A stretch of 64,000 nucleotides of DNA, taken from an uncultured delta proteobacterium. GTDB taxonomy: Bacteria; Desulfobacterota; Binatia; Binatales; Binataceae. The stretch lies in assembly GCA_963808235.1 (NCBI GenBank), contig CAWEEQ010000004.1, positions 3,072,001 through 3,136,000 on the forward strand, in the 5' to 3' direction. Position 1 is the stretch's first letter, and every line of letters starts with the position of its first letter. Below are positions 20,454 through 30,228 of the stretch, in pieces. The notes under the pieces are model-generated. The model searched no databases. It saw only the letters and a list, made by a program, of their open reading frames with translations, and was not told the DNA's origin. The position numbers and the translations under genes are program-made.

Positions 20454-21197
20454 CTAATGCCGGCGCTCGGTCTGTTCGCTCGGCAGTGCCGCCTCAGCCA
20501 CGCGAGCGGGGATTAGAGGCTCCTCGGCACGAACGACTCCGTACAATGCCGACGCGATCGCCGCGCCGATTAGCGGCGCCACGATGAAGAGCCAAAGCTG
20601 GCTGAGCGCCCATCCTCCGACGAATACCGCCGGCCCAATACTCCGCGCCGGATTGACCGAAGTGTTGGTCACAGGAATTCCGACCAGGTGGATCAGCACG
20701 AGAACTATCCCGATAGGAATTCCCGCGAAGCCGACCGGCGCCTTAAGGTCGGTCGAGCCAAGCACCGTGAAGACAAGGAAAAACGTCAGCACCACCTCGG
20801 CGACGAATGCCGCCGTCACACCGTATCCGCCAGGCGAATGCGCTCCGAATCCGTTCGCTGCGAACCCTCCGACTGCGGGGTCATAGCCGGCGGCGGTGTC
20901 TTTGACGACGATCAGCAAAACCGCCGACGCGATCACGGCGCCGACGATCTGTGCGATTACATAGCCGGGCACGTCCTTTGATTCGAATTTGCCGCTGAGC
21001 AGCAGGCCGAAGGTAACCGCCGGATTTATGTGGCATCCGGAAATCGGTCCGATCGCATACGCCATCGCGAGCAGTGAGAATCCGAAGGCGAGCGCCACTC
21101 CACCGAAGCCAATCTTGCCGCCGGCCAGAACCGCGGCGCCGCATCCGCCAAAGACCAGCACGAAAGTCCCGATCGACTCGGCAATGTACCTCTTCAT
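20454..21197 (-). CDS. aqpZ: Aquaporin Z
   Basis: SGCHINPAVT and TSVNPARS NPA motifs. Confidence 0.95.
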   Translation of the reverse strand: MKRYIAESIGTFVLVFGGCGAAVLAGGKIGFGGVALAFGFSLLAMAYAIGPISGCHINPAVTFGLLLSGKFESKDVPGYVIAQIVGAVIASAVLLIVVKDTAAGYDPAVGGFAANGFGAHSPGGYGVTAAFVAEVVLTFFLVFTVLGSTDLKAPVGFAGIPIGIVLVLIHLVGIPVTNTSVNPARSIGPAVFVGGWALSQLWLFIVAPLIGAAIASALYGVVRAEEPLIPARVAEAALPSEQTERRH

Positions 21198-21249
21198 GAC
21201 GGCCCCTCCCCTGGCTAGTCGAAAAATTGTTTTCGGAAAACTTCAGCGC

Positions 21250-22224
21250 TCACGAATGCTTGAGCTTTTTGATCTCCTCAGCCATCTCGGGCACCGCCTT
21301 GAACAGGTCAGCGACGAGTCCATAGTCGGCGACCGCGAAAATCGGCGCCTCTTCGTCCTTGTTGATCGCGCAGATCACCTTCGAGTCTTTCATCCCCGCC
21401 AGATGCTGAATCGCGCCCGAGATTCCGACCGCGATATAGAGTTCCGGCGCAACCACCTTGCCGGTCTGTCCGACCTGCAAATCGTTGGGCACGAAGCCCG
21501 CATCCACGGCCGCGCGCGACGCCCCCATCGCAGCGCCCATCTCGTCGACCAGCGGCTCGAGCACGGTCTTGAAGTTCTCGCCGGATTTCAGGCCGCGTCC
21601 GCCGGAGACGATAATCCGCGCCTCGGTGAGTTGCGGGCGATCGCTCTTGGTCGCGTTGAACGAAACGAATTCCATCTTGAGCGCGGCCGCGTCGATTTCG
21701 GCATCCTGCTTTTCGACCGGAGCGGCAGCGGCCCCTGGCTTGGCGGCATCAAATGCGGTCCCGCGCACGGTGAGCACCTTGACAGGGCCATCGAGTTCGA
21801 CGGTCGCCATCGCATTGCCGGCGTACATCGGACGCACAAAGGTATGGTCGTCGTTGATTGACGTGATCTCGGAAGCCATCGGAGCGCCGAGTCGCGCGGC
21901 GAGCCGCGGAAACAGATCCTTGCCCATCGCGGTCGCAGTCGCGACTATGAATTCCGCATTTTCCTTCTTCGCGAGAGCGGCGAGCGCCTGCGCGTGCGCG
22001 TCGGCGAGATAATTCTTCAACCCGGGATGCGCCAGCGCGATCACTTTGGCCACTCCATACTTGGCGATCTCGGCCGCGGCAGCCTCGGGCGCATCGCTCG
22101 TAACAACCGCGATCGCGCTCGCACCACGCTTCTTCGCGAGGTCGAGCCCCGCGTGGATCGCGGTCAGCGTGGTCTTGGGGAAATGTCCCCCCTGATGCTC
22201 CGCGAAAATCAGAACGTTACCCAT
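21250..22224 (-). CDS. etfA: Electron transfer flavoprotein alpha subunit
   Basis: SGGRG, SRAAVDAG, QVGQTGK, GISGAIQH. Confidence 0.96.
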   Translation of the reverse strand: MGNVLIFAEHQGGHFPKTTLTAIHAGLDLAKKRGASAIAVVTSDAPEAAAAEIAKYGVAKVIALAHPGLKNYLADAHAQALAALAKKENAEFIVATATAMGKDLFPRLAARLGAPMASEITSINDDHTFVRPMYAGNAMATVELDGPVKVLTVRGTAFDAAKPGAAAAPVEKQDAEIDAAALKMEFVSFNATKSDRPQLTEARIIVSGGRGLKSGENFKTVLEPLVDEMGAAMGASRAAVDAGFVPNDLQVGQTGKVVAPELYIAVGISGAIQHLAGMKDSKVICAINKDEEAPIFAVADYGLVADLFKAVPEMAEEIKKLKHS

Positions 22225-22257
22225 TGCATTCACTCCAGCTGAAGACAGCTCCTACCA

Positions 22258-23004
22258 TCAGATGACCTTCGCTTCCGTATGCAGCACCGCGACCAGCTCC
22301 TGCACCGACGCGACCTTGCGGCCGGCCTGGCGCTTGGGCGGTGCGGCGAGAGTTTTTATCTTCAACTTCGGTGCGAGATCGATTCCGAGGCTGTCGGCCG
22401 CGATCTCCTTCAGCTCTTTCTTGCGCGCCTTCATGATTCCCGGCAACGACGCGTAGCGCGGCTCGTTCAGTCGCAAGTCGGTGGTGATCACGGCGGGCAG
22501 CTTGAATGCGATCGTCTCCAGGCCGCCATCGATCTCGCGGGTGACCGAGGTCTTGTCGGCGCCGATTTCGACCTTCGACGCGAACGTCGCCTGCGGCCAT
22601 CCGAGCATCTCGGCGAGCATCTGTCCGACCTGGTTGGAGTCGTCGTCGATCGCCTGCTTGCCGAGGATGATCAGTTCGGGCTTTTCGTCGCCGGCTATTT
22701 TGGCCAAAATGCGCGCGATCGCGAGCGAGTCGAGCGCCGCGTCTGTCTTGATCAGGATTGCGCGGTCGGCACCCATCGCAAGGCCGGTGCGCAGTTGCTC
22801 CTGCCATGTGGACTGGCCGACCGTGACCAGCACAACTTCGCCGGTCTGCTTTTCCTTGATCCTGAGCGCTTCCTCGATCGCGATTTCGCAAAACGGGTTG
22901 ATTACCCACTTCACATTGTCGGTTGCGATACCCGAGCCGTCGGACATCACGCGGATAGTAGTCGCCGGGTCGGGGACACGTTTGATAGGTACTAGAATCT
23001 TCAA
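22258..23004 (-). CDS. etfB: Electron transfer flavoprotein beta subunit
   Basis: KRVPD, GKQAIDDD, LNEPRYASLPGIMKA; TTG start. Confidence 0.96.
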   Translation of the reverse strand: MKILVPIKRVPDPATTIRVMSDGSGIATDNVKWVINPFCEIAIEEALRIKEKQTGEVVLVTVGQSTWQEQLRTGLAMGADRAILIKTDAALDSLAIARILAKIAGDEKPELIILGKQAIDDDSNQVGQMLAEMLGWPQATFASKVEIGADKTSVTREIDGGLETIAFKLPAVITTDLRLNEPRYASLPGIMKARKKELKEIAADSLGIDLAPKLKIKTLAAPPKRQAGRKVASVQELVAVLHTEAKVI

Positions 23005-23179
23005 AGCCTTAAACTCCGCGCATTTGGTTCATATGTCGATGCGACGCGAATCTGATAACAGCGTAGTTGCTCGGGAATCGGGGCCGACAAACGCAAATTT
23101 ACTAACAACGGTCCGGCAACCAGTCAAACCTTACTAATGCCGATGCCGCCGCGCAAAGCCTCGCGCATCGCGGGTCGAT

Positions 23180-23962
23180 CTATTCGTTGTAGCCGAGGCG
23201 ATGAGAGAGTTCGCGGCCGGCGTCGAGCAGGGTTGGTGCGATCTCGGCGCTGATTCGTTCCGGGCCGATTCGGTAAGTCGGTCCCGCTACCGCTACCGAG
23301 CCGACCACCGAGCGGGTGTAGTCGCGAATCGGGACTGCGACCGAAGACACTTCTTCCATAAACTCGCCCGAATCCGACGCATACCCTTCCCGCGCGATTG
23401 CCTCGAGCTGCGCGAGCAAAGCGGCGCGATCGACGATCGTCCGATCGGTAAACCGGCGCAGTGTCTCAGGAATCGCCGACTTGAGCTGCTCCTCGGCGTC
23501 GAACGCGAGATGCGCCTTGCCGGCGGCGGTACAATGAAGCGGCAGCATGATTCCAATCGGCGGCGTGATTCGGACCGCGCGATCCTCGGCCTCCGCGGCC
23601 TCCAGCGGTACCACCCCGTCGCGCCGCACGATCGCGACATACGCACTCTCGCGGCATTTGCGCGCAAGATCGGCCAGGATCGGACGCGCTTGCCTCACCA
23701 GTCCCATATGATGAATGTATCTGCGTCCGAGATGCAGGCACTTGATGCCGAGCCGGTAGTTCTCGGTCGTTTTGTTTTGTTCGATATATCCGCGCGCTTC
23801 GAGCGTGGCGAGCAGGCGAAAGACGTTGTTCTTGTGTAGCTTGAGCCGTTTGGAAAGTTCGGTTACGCCGAGTTCATCGGTCTCGCCGAAGAATTGTTCG
23901 AGCACGTCGAGCGCATGCGCGACCGATTGGATGACGTAGTTTGTTTTGTCTCGTCGGACCAT
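23180..23962 (-). CDS. IclR family transcriptional regulator
   Basis: N-terminal HTH; LPLHCTAAGKA; VAVPIRD. Confidence 0.94.
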   Translation of the reverse strand: MVRRDKTNYVIQSVAHALDVLEQFFGETDELGVTELSKRLKLHKNNVFRLLATLEARGYIEQNKTTENYRLGIKCLHLGRRYIHHMGLVRQARPILADLARKCRESAYVAIVRRDGVVPLEAAEAEDRAVRITPPIGIMLPLHCTAAGKAHLAFDAEEQLKSAIPETLRRFTDRTIVDRAALLAQLEAIAREGYASDSGEFMEEVSSVAVPIRDYTRSVVGSVAVAGPTYRIGPERISAEIAPTLLDAGRELSHRLGYNE

Positions 23963-24114
23963 TGGTGATGCACTTTGGAAAACTGTTTTACTTTAAACGG
24001 CCCGCCCAAAGAGTGTCAACGCCGAGTCGAGATTTATCCAAAAATTATGCTAAGTGATTGAAAATAAAGAAGAAACCCGAGCCGTCGCCAAGGCCCCGGA
24101 AACACCGTTAAATC

Positions 24115-24756
24115 ATGAACAAGCAACTCCCCGCCGAGTTTTTCAGACGCGTCGATGACGCCGATGATGAGGTATTCTACTCGACCCCACGCCTCGTCGT
24201 TCATATCGATGACGGCGCGATAGCGAAAGTCGGCGAGATCTATGCCCGCTTCCTTCCGCAAGGGGGCGCGATTCTCGACTTGATGAGCAGCTGGCGGTCG
24301 CATCTCCCCGCGCATCTACGTCCGGCGCGAGTCGTCGGACTTGGGATGAATCGCACCGAGATGGAAGACAATCCGGCGCTGACCGAGATCGTTATCCACA
24401 ACCTCAACCGGATTCCGCGGCTTCCGCTCGCCGACGCCGACTTCGACGGCGCGGTGGTCACGGTTTCGGTTCAGTACATGACCGGGCCGATCGAAACGTT
24501 CGCGGAAGTCGCGCGGGTGCTGAAGCCAGGCGCGCCGTTTATCGTAACGTTCTCGAACCGGATGTTCCCGACCAAGGCGGTGGCGATCTGGCAAAACCTC
24601 GACGATTACGATCACGTAAAGCTGGTCGCGCGCTACTTTATGGAGAGCCAGCGGTTTGAGAATATAGAGTTTGTCGATAAGAGCGCGCCGACTACGCCGC
24701 CGTCGGATCCAATCTGGGCGGTGGTCGGGTACCGAACGCGCGAGGCAAGCAGTTGA
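24115..24756 (+). CDS. SAM-dependent methyltransferase
   Basis: FYSTPRLVVHID, LDLMSSW, TFSNRMFPTKA. Confidence 0.9.
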   Translation: MNKQLPAEFFRRVDDADDEVFYSTPRLVVHIDDGAIAKVGEIYARFLPQGGAILDLMSSWRSHLPAHLRPARVVGLGMNRTEMEDNPALTEIVIHNLNRIPRLPLADADFDGAVVTVSVQYMTGPIETFAEVARVLKPGAPFIVTFSNRMFPTKAVAIWQNLDDYDHVKLVARYFMESQRFENIEFVDKSAPTTPPSDPIWAVVGYRTREASS

Positions 24757-25151
24757 TCAAGAATCGCGGGATGCGTCATCTGGCGCTGAAAGTTTCCGAC
24801 CTCGAACGCGCACGCGACTTTTACGTCCGCGTATTCGGGATGAAGATCGTTTGGCAGCCCGACGCCGACAACGCGTATCTGAGCTCGGGCTCGGACAATC
24901 TGGCGTTGCATCGCGCACCCACGGCCGCAAATGAACCCGGGCAGCGGATCGACCACTTGGGATTCATCGTGGCGACGATCGCGGACGTAGAAGCATCATA
25001 TGAATGGGCGAAAAGCGCGGGGCTCGAGATCGTGCACGAGCTGAAGCATCATCGCGACGGTTCGGTGTCGTTCTACATTCGCGATCCCGACGGCAACATA
25101 ATCCAGGCGCTCTACGAACCGACAATCAGTCCGCTGACATTTGTTCGATAA
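24753..25151 (+). CDS. VOC family protein
   Basis: RHLALKV, DHLGF, FYIRDPDGN. Confidence 0.9.
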   Translation: MIKNRGMRHLALKVSDLERARDFYVRVFGMKIVWQPDADNAYLSSGSDNLALHRAPTAANEPGQRIDHLGFIVATIADVEASYEWAKSAGLEIVHELKHHRDGSVSFYIRDPDGNIIQALYEPTISPLTFVR

Positions 25152-25193
25152 ACTACACAACCAATCACGCCCGATCTTGGATAGGAGAAAGCG

Positions 25194-26306
25194 ATGCTTA
25201 AAGGGCGCGCGACCGCTGAAGCCACCGCCAACTACGCAAAAAAGTTCCCCGCGCTGCCAGGGAATTTCCGTCCGGCGCTCGGAGTATCGGTGTCATCGAT
25301 TGGAATCGGCACCTACCTGGGCGATCCCAATGACAAAACCGATCGCGCCTACGAAGCTGCGATCAAGGCGGCGATCCGCGGCGGAATCAACCTGATCGAT
25401 ACCGCGGTGAATTATCGGTTTCAGCGCAGCGAGCGGAATATCGGCAAGGCAATCGGCGAGATGGTCGCGGCGGGCGAGTTGCGCCGCGAAGAAGTGATCG
25501 TCGCGACCAAGGGCGGCTACGTCACCTTCGACGGCACGGTACCTGCAGATCCGCGGGCGTGGTTCGCCGAGCATTTCATCAAAACCGGAATCGTCGCGCC
25601 CGGCGATCTCGTGGACGGATCGCATTGCATGACCCCGAAATACATCGGCGCGATGCTGGAATTGTCGCGCGCGAACCTCGGCCTCGAGACCATCGACATC
25701 TACTACGTTCACAATCCCGAGACCCAGCTCGAAGTCCTCGAGCGCAAGGAGTTTCTGGCGAGAATCTCGACGATTTTCGAGTTCCTCGAAAGCGCCGTCG
25801 CCGACAACAAGATTGGCGTGTATGGAACCGCCACGTGGAATGGTCTTCGTGCCGCCGACACCGAGCGCGGATGGCTGTCGCTCGACGAGTTGATCCGCGT
25901 GGCGCGCGAGGTCGGCGGCGACGGGCATCATTTTCGCGCGATACAGCTGCCCTACAACCTTGCGATGCCCGAGGCGGTGACGCGCTCGAATCAAATCGTG
26001 CAGGGCGGCAAGGCGACCGCTCTAAACGCGGCAAAACTGCTGGGACTTGCAGTTTCGGCCAGCGCGTCGCTATTGCAGGGACAGCTATCGCGCGGACTGC
26101 CGCCGATAGTCGCCAACGCGTTCGGGGGATTCGCAACCGATGCGCAACGATCGATTCAGTTCGTGCGCTCGACTCCGGGCGTGGACGTAGCGCTGGTCGG
26201 CATGAAGTCCGTCGAGCATGTGCGCGACACGCTCGAGACCGCGTCGAAGCCACCGGCCACCCTCGAAGAGTTGATGCGCCTGTTCAAGCAGGGCAACGAA
26301 CCTTAG
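25194..26306 (+). CDS. Aldo/keto reductase
   Basis: GIGTYLG, IDTAVNY, ATKGG, YVHNPE. Confidence 0.92.
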   Translation: MLKGRATAEATANYAKKFPALPGNFRPALGVSVSSIGIGTYLGDPNDKTDRAYEAAIKAAIRGGINLIDTAVNYRFQRSERNIGKAIGEMVAAGELRREEVIVATKGGYVTFDGTVPADPRAWFAEHFIKTGIVAPGDLVDGSHCMTPKYIGAMLELSRANLGLETIDIYYVHNPETQLEVLERKEFLARISTIFEFLESAVADNKIGVYGTATWNGLRAADTERGWLSLDELIRVAREVGGDGHHFRAIQLPYNLAMPEAVTRSNQIVQGGKATALNAAKLLGLAVSASASLLQGQLSRGLPPIVANAFGGFATDAQRSIQFVRSTPGVDVALVGMKSVEHVRDTLETASKPPATLEELMRLFKQGNEP

Positions 26307-26309
26307 CGA

Positions 26310-27122
26310 CTAGGGTTGAGCGCCGCGTCGTCCAAACAATCCGTCGATGCGAAACGAATATCCGATGCCGACGAAGTGATCGACTGAGCTGCTGTTGAGT
26401 CCGAAGCCCGCCTGAAAATCGACTTGTTGCGTGTTCGAGAACCGCCACTGGCCAGCTGTATCGAGCAGTTGAGTCGGCCTCTGATGATCGTAGGTTCCGC
26501 CGTAATCGATCGACATATTGGCGCTCTCACCCAAGTCCCTCACGACCGAAAAGGCGGTTCCCAGAGTGGGATTTCTTGTCGATTCGCTTGGAAACCAGCT
26601 CAGCGTAAACATCCCACCTACGTTCCAGCCCCTCCCAAGTTCGTAAGACCACGGACTCTGTATGTAAGGTTGGTAGCCGCGGCCCGAGACCTTGCTGGAA
26701 CCGCTCGGAAAACCAAGGCCCGCCGTCGCCGACATATCGATCCCGAACGGCACCGGAAGCTGACGCTTGAACGATACGACGACGTCGGTAAATCCCGACG
26801 CCTGAGGGCCGTTGATCGAGCCCGTGTAGCTGGGCACGTCGATCAGAAATTCGGTGCAGTGCGCGATGCCGAGGCGGAGCCTTGTGCTGCTCCCGCCGAG
26901 AAGATTCGACCCACTGTTAACCGCCCAGTCGATGCCGTTCTCGGCCTGGAAACTTCCGTAGGGGACAACAACGCTGGAATTTGTAGTGCCTGGGCGATCA
27001 GTGCTGATTGAGTCGGCGCTGGTCGGACAGGCCTCGTCCGCCAGAGCCCGTGCGGCACCGGTTAGTATTGCAAGACCAACAAGCGCGGCGACGCAAACAA
27101 ATGCTGGGGTTCTGAATATCAA
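26310..27122 (-). CDS. Putative outer-membrane beta-barrel (MetA-pathway/transporter family)
   Basis: Signal peptide, ISTDRPG motif, alternating beta strands, C-terminal GIGYSFR. Confidence 0.75.
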   Translation of the reverse strand: MIFRTPAFVCVAALVGLAILTGAARALADEACPTSADSISTDRPGTTNSSVVVPYGSFQAENGIDWAVNSGSNLLGGSSTRLRLGIAHCTEFLIDVPSYTGSINGPQASGFTDVVVSFKRQLPVPFGIDMSATAGLGFPSGSSKVSGRGYQPYIQSPWSYELGRGWNVGGMFTLSWFPSESTRNPTLGTAFSVVRDLGESANMSIDYGGTYDHQRPTQLLDTAGQWRFSNTQQVDFQAGFGLNSSSVDHFVGIGYSFRIDGLFGRRGAQP

Positions 27123-27571
27123 GGAGCGTCAGCGTACCACACATAGTAGGTCAAGACTCCCGTGACTATAACCACCCACCACAATACCAGTTCGATGCGC
27201 ATCCACAGCTTCCAGCGGCTGATGCGTATCCGATGTGGCAAGATATCTGTTCCGGCCGCCAGCACGATGTAGAGCCCGAGCAGCTCGGCCACGGCGCCGA
27301 GAGCACCGTGGGCGGTTGCTGCGCCGTAGTAGCGGTCCTTCAGGTGCTTCGGGAGCGCCGGCATCACCTGACCATAAAAGGACGGCCACATCACAAAGGC
27401 GATCGTTATCAAATTCAGAAGCAACACCGCGGCCTGACAGATACCGTGCTCGGTATATCGCTTTGCGCGTGCCAGTGAGGCACCGGCGATCAGCGCGACT
27501 CCCATGGCCAATTGGGACGCGAGATTCAGATTCGCCTTGAACCCAGCCCCCGTGCCGAGAGCCTCGCTCAT
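27119..27571 (-). CDS. DUF420-like 4-TM membrane protein
   Basis: Four hydrophobic helices with intramembrane His residues. Confidence 0.7.
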   Translation of the reverse strand: MSEALGTGAGFKANLNLASQLAMGVALIAGASLARAKRYTEHGICQAAVLLLNLITIAFVMWPSFYGQVMPALPKHLKDRYYGAATAHGALGAVAELLGLYIVLAAGTDILPHRIRISRWKLWMRIELVLWWVVIVTGVLTYYVWYADAP

Positions 27572-28116
27572 GACGGTCCGGGGACATGCGAAGAAACGGT
27601 TGCGCTCGGCATTCCTACGCCATGTTCGTAGACGAGTTCGCCGCCGGTCTTGCCCTGGTAAAGAAGCGCGCCCGCCGCGACGATCGCCACAATCAGGAAA
27701 GCGATTCGGGTGCGTTCAACGCGCCTGGATAACTCAAGCCCAACTCGCCACGCGGCAAGAATCAGAAACGCGTACATGAGGTACTGTCCGAGAACCGCGT
27801 GCGACAGATAATCATGAGCGCCGTTCGACGAAGCGAGTATCTGCTGCGCGGCAGGCGACATGGTGTCCCAGAGCCGATCGGCTTCCGCATCGCCGGTGAG
27901 GTATGAGAGGGCGCTGGCGACCGCTCCGCCGATCATCAAGAGTAGCGAAGTGCTCCGTAACTTCTGGCTCCAAACCGTTATGAAAGCCGCATGATTACGA
28001 AAGAGCAGGATCGCCGCGGCAAGGATTTCCGCGGCGATCCCGACAGTCAGCAACGCGATCGTGAAGTGATCGACGATTGGATGCAGATGATACGCGCTGA
28101 CCAGGTGAGCAAACAT
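27568..28116 (-). CDS. DUF2231-like membrane protein
   Basis: LHPIVDHF..., GGELVYEHGVG. Confidence 0.8.
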   Translation of the reverse strand: MFAHLVSAYHLHPIVDHFTIALLTVGIAAEILAAAILLFRNHAAFITVWSQKLRSTSLLLMIGGAVASALSYLTGDAEADRLWDTMSPAAQQILASSNGAHDYLSHAVLGQYLMYAFLILAAWRVGLELSRRVERTRIAFLIVAIVAAGALLYQGKTGGELVYEHGVGMPSATVSSHVPGPS

Positions 28117-28121
28117 CCAAC

Positions 28122-28514
28122 TTACTCGACGACGGAAACCTTCATCTTCATGTTGCCGTGGCCGGTGCCGCAGTAATGGTCGCAGATGACCGTGAAGTCG
28201 CCGGCAGTGTCCGGCGTCACCGCGACGTCGGTGGTCTTGCCGTCAGCGATATCGGTATCGATCTTGAGCGGTTTCGACATGAAGCCGTGCACGCGATCGG
28301 CGCTCGTCAGCCGCAAGATTACGGGCTCGCCCTTCTTGAGCGTGATCTCGCTCGGCGAGAACTCGAATTTCTTCGCGGAGATCTCGATCACTTTCGGATT
28401 GACGTCGGCGCGAGCTGTACTGGTCCTCGATCCGACCGCGGCAATCGCGATTCCGCACGCGCCCGCGAAAAGCATCGAAATGACAATCTTGTTTTTGAAC
28501 ATTGTGGTTTTCAT
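28122..28514 (-). CDS. Exported CuA-type cupredoxin (cytochrome c oxidase subunit II-like domain)
   Basis: Signal peptide; DRVHGF...CDHYCGTGHGNM CuA ligand set. Confidence 0.9.
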   Translation of the reverse strand: MKTTMFKNKIVISMLFAGACGIAIAAVGSRTSTARADVNPKVIEISAKKFEFSPSEITLKKGEPVILRLTSADRVHGFMSKPLKIDTDIADGKTTDVAVTPDTAGDFTVICDHYCGTGHGNMKMKVSVVE

Positions 28515-28545
28515 TGATGGGTTCCGTCTCCGATTCCGTGTTTGA

Positions 28546-29547
28546 TTACTCGTCCTTTGCGTCTGAGCTTCCGTGTTTGAGCATCTGATCCATTCCGACC
28601 GTGCCCGAGAATTCGGCCGTCGCGAGTTCCACTTCCTCGATCTGCAAATCGCTGCCGTCGGCCTGGCCGTTGATGCGCCTGAGGCCCAGGTTCTTGAACG
28701 GCTGCGCCTTGTCGAATGGCGCCGGCTTCTTCACTGGCGTCGCCGCGGGGTCGGGAAAAGCGAAAATCAGCGACCGCGCCGCGTACATTTTCGTGGTGCC
28801 GGCCTGGTGAAAATTCTCGCGATGGATATGGCCGTAGAGCACGGTCACGTTTTCATACGGGGCGAGCGCGTTCATCACGTCGTCGCCGTCGCTGGTGAAC
28901 CATTCCCATTCCGGCTTGAGGTCGAACAGCGGACGATGCGTGAACACGATGATCGGCGCGGTCTTCGGAAAGCGCGCGAGATCGTTCTTCATCCAGGCGA
29001 GCTGCTCCGCACCAACCTCGGGTCGTCCGCGAGAAACGTTGTCGAGCGCGACGAAATGAACGCCACGATGATCGAACGAATAGTGCGTCGGACCCATGTG
29101 CTCGCGGAACATGACCCCGCCGTCGAGCGCGGCGTCATTTTCGCCGGGCACAACTTTGATCTGCGCGCCGCCAATCCTGCTCGAGATCGCTTTGAAGAGC
29201 TTGAAGCGCTTGGCGTGCTCGTCGGGCGAGTCCGCGTCATGCGTGAGGTCGCCGGTAACAATCACCAGGTCCGGCCGCTTCTTGAGCCCGTTGATCGTCG
29301 CCACGGCGCTCTCGAACGCCTTGGTGCCGAGCGGATCAGGCGGCCCGTTGAATCCGACATGGGTGTCGCTCAATTGAATGAAAGAGAATGGAGCGGGAGC
29401 CTCGCCGTTGAGCTCGGCCAGCGTGCGCACGATGCCTTCGGCGCCGGCGCTGCGTGTCAGCGCGGGGAAAACACTGTAGAGTGCTCCGATACTGAGCGAC
29501 CTGCCCGCCACGCGCAGGAACGATCGACGATCAAATTGGGGTTTCAT
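28546..29547 (-). CDS. Tat-exported calcineurin-like metallophosphoesterase
   Basis: DRRSFLR Tat motif; SDTH, TGDL, PGEND, THRP, GHIH. Confidence 0.9.
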   Translation of the reverse strand: MKPQFDRRSFLRVAGRSLSIGALYSVFPALTRSAGAEGIVRTLAELNGEAPAPFSFIQLSDTHVGFNGPPDPLGTKAFESAVATINGLKKRPDLVIVTGDLTHDADSPDEHAKRFKLFKAISSRIGGAQIKVVPGENDAALDGGVMFREHMGPTHYSFDHRGVHFVALDNVSRGRPEVGAEQLAWMKNDLARFPKTAPIIVFTHRPLFDLKPEWEWFTSDGDDVMNALAPYENVTVLYGHIHRENFHQAGTTKMYAARSLIFAFPDPAATPVKKPAPFDKAQPFKNLGLRRINGQADGSDLQIEEVELATAEFSGTVGMDQMLKHGSSDAKDE

Positions 29548-29585
29548 CAAAATCACCTCGCGCTGATGAGCGCTTTCACGGGGGT

Positions 29586-29612
29586 AGACTCCGTACTGAG
29601 ATGGAAATTCCC
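29586..29612 (-). promoter_or_regulatory. Putative ECF-sigma promoter for the phosphoesterase/cupredoxin operon
   Basis: Minus strand GGGAAT-N17-GTCT. Confidence 0.6.
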
Positions 29613-29635
29613 CCGATTGAGACGATTTGGCTGTA

Positions 29636-29663
29636 GGGAATAAAATCAACCGGCTCGCAGTCT
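29636..29663 (+). promoter_or_regulatory. Putative ECF-sigma autoregulatory promoter
   Basis: Plus strand GGGAAT-N18-GTCT, the same motif as the divergent promoter. Confidence 0.6.
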
Positions 29664-29699
29664 GGAACTAAACGAGGAAAGCGAGCGAAAGAGACGCGA

Positions 29700-30227
29700 T
29701 TGCCGGACTCATCTAAAGACGTCGATTTCGAGCAGAAATTCCTCCCCCATATGGACGCTGCGTATAACCTCGCGCGATGGCTGGTGCGTGACGACCACGA
29801 CGCCCAAGACGTCGTGCAGGAGGCCTACGTCCGCGCGTTCAGGTTCGCGAGCGGATTCCGCGGCGGCGATCCACGCGCGTGGATCCTCGCGATCGTGCGC
29901 AACTCCGCTTTCACCTGGCTGAAGCGAAATCGCGGTGCCAATGCACCCGTCGAATTTGACGAGAGCCAGCATCGCGGTGAGATCGAGGACGCCGGCCTCG
30001 AGTCCGACGCGGTCCGCAAGGCCGACGGCGCGATGATTCGCGAATGCCTGAACGAGCTCAGCGAGGAGTTTCGCGAGGTAATCGTGATGCGGGATATAGA
30101 AGGTCTCTCCTACAAGGAAATCGCCGCCGCCGCCGACATGCCCATTGGCACCGTGATGTCGCGGCTCGCGCGCGCCCGCAGCAAGCTCGCGCGATCGCTC
30201 AAAGAGCGCATCGCCAAGGAGTCCTGA
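29700..30227 (+). CDS. ECF RNA polymerase sigma factor
   Basis: DAQDVVQEAY, AWILAIVRN, PIGTVMSRLARAR. Confidence 0.95.
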   Translation: MPDSSKDVDFEQKFLPHMDAAYNLARWLVRDDHDAQDVVQEAYVRAFRFASGFRGGDPRAWILAIVRNSAFTWLKRNRGANAPVEFDESQHRGEIEDAGLESDAVRKADGAMIRECLNELSEEFREVIVMRDIEGLSYKEIAAAADMPIGTVMSRLARARSKLARSLKERIAKES

Positions 30228-30228
30228 G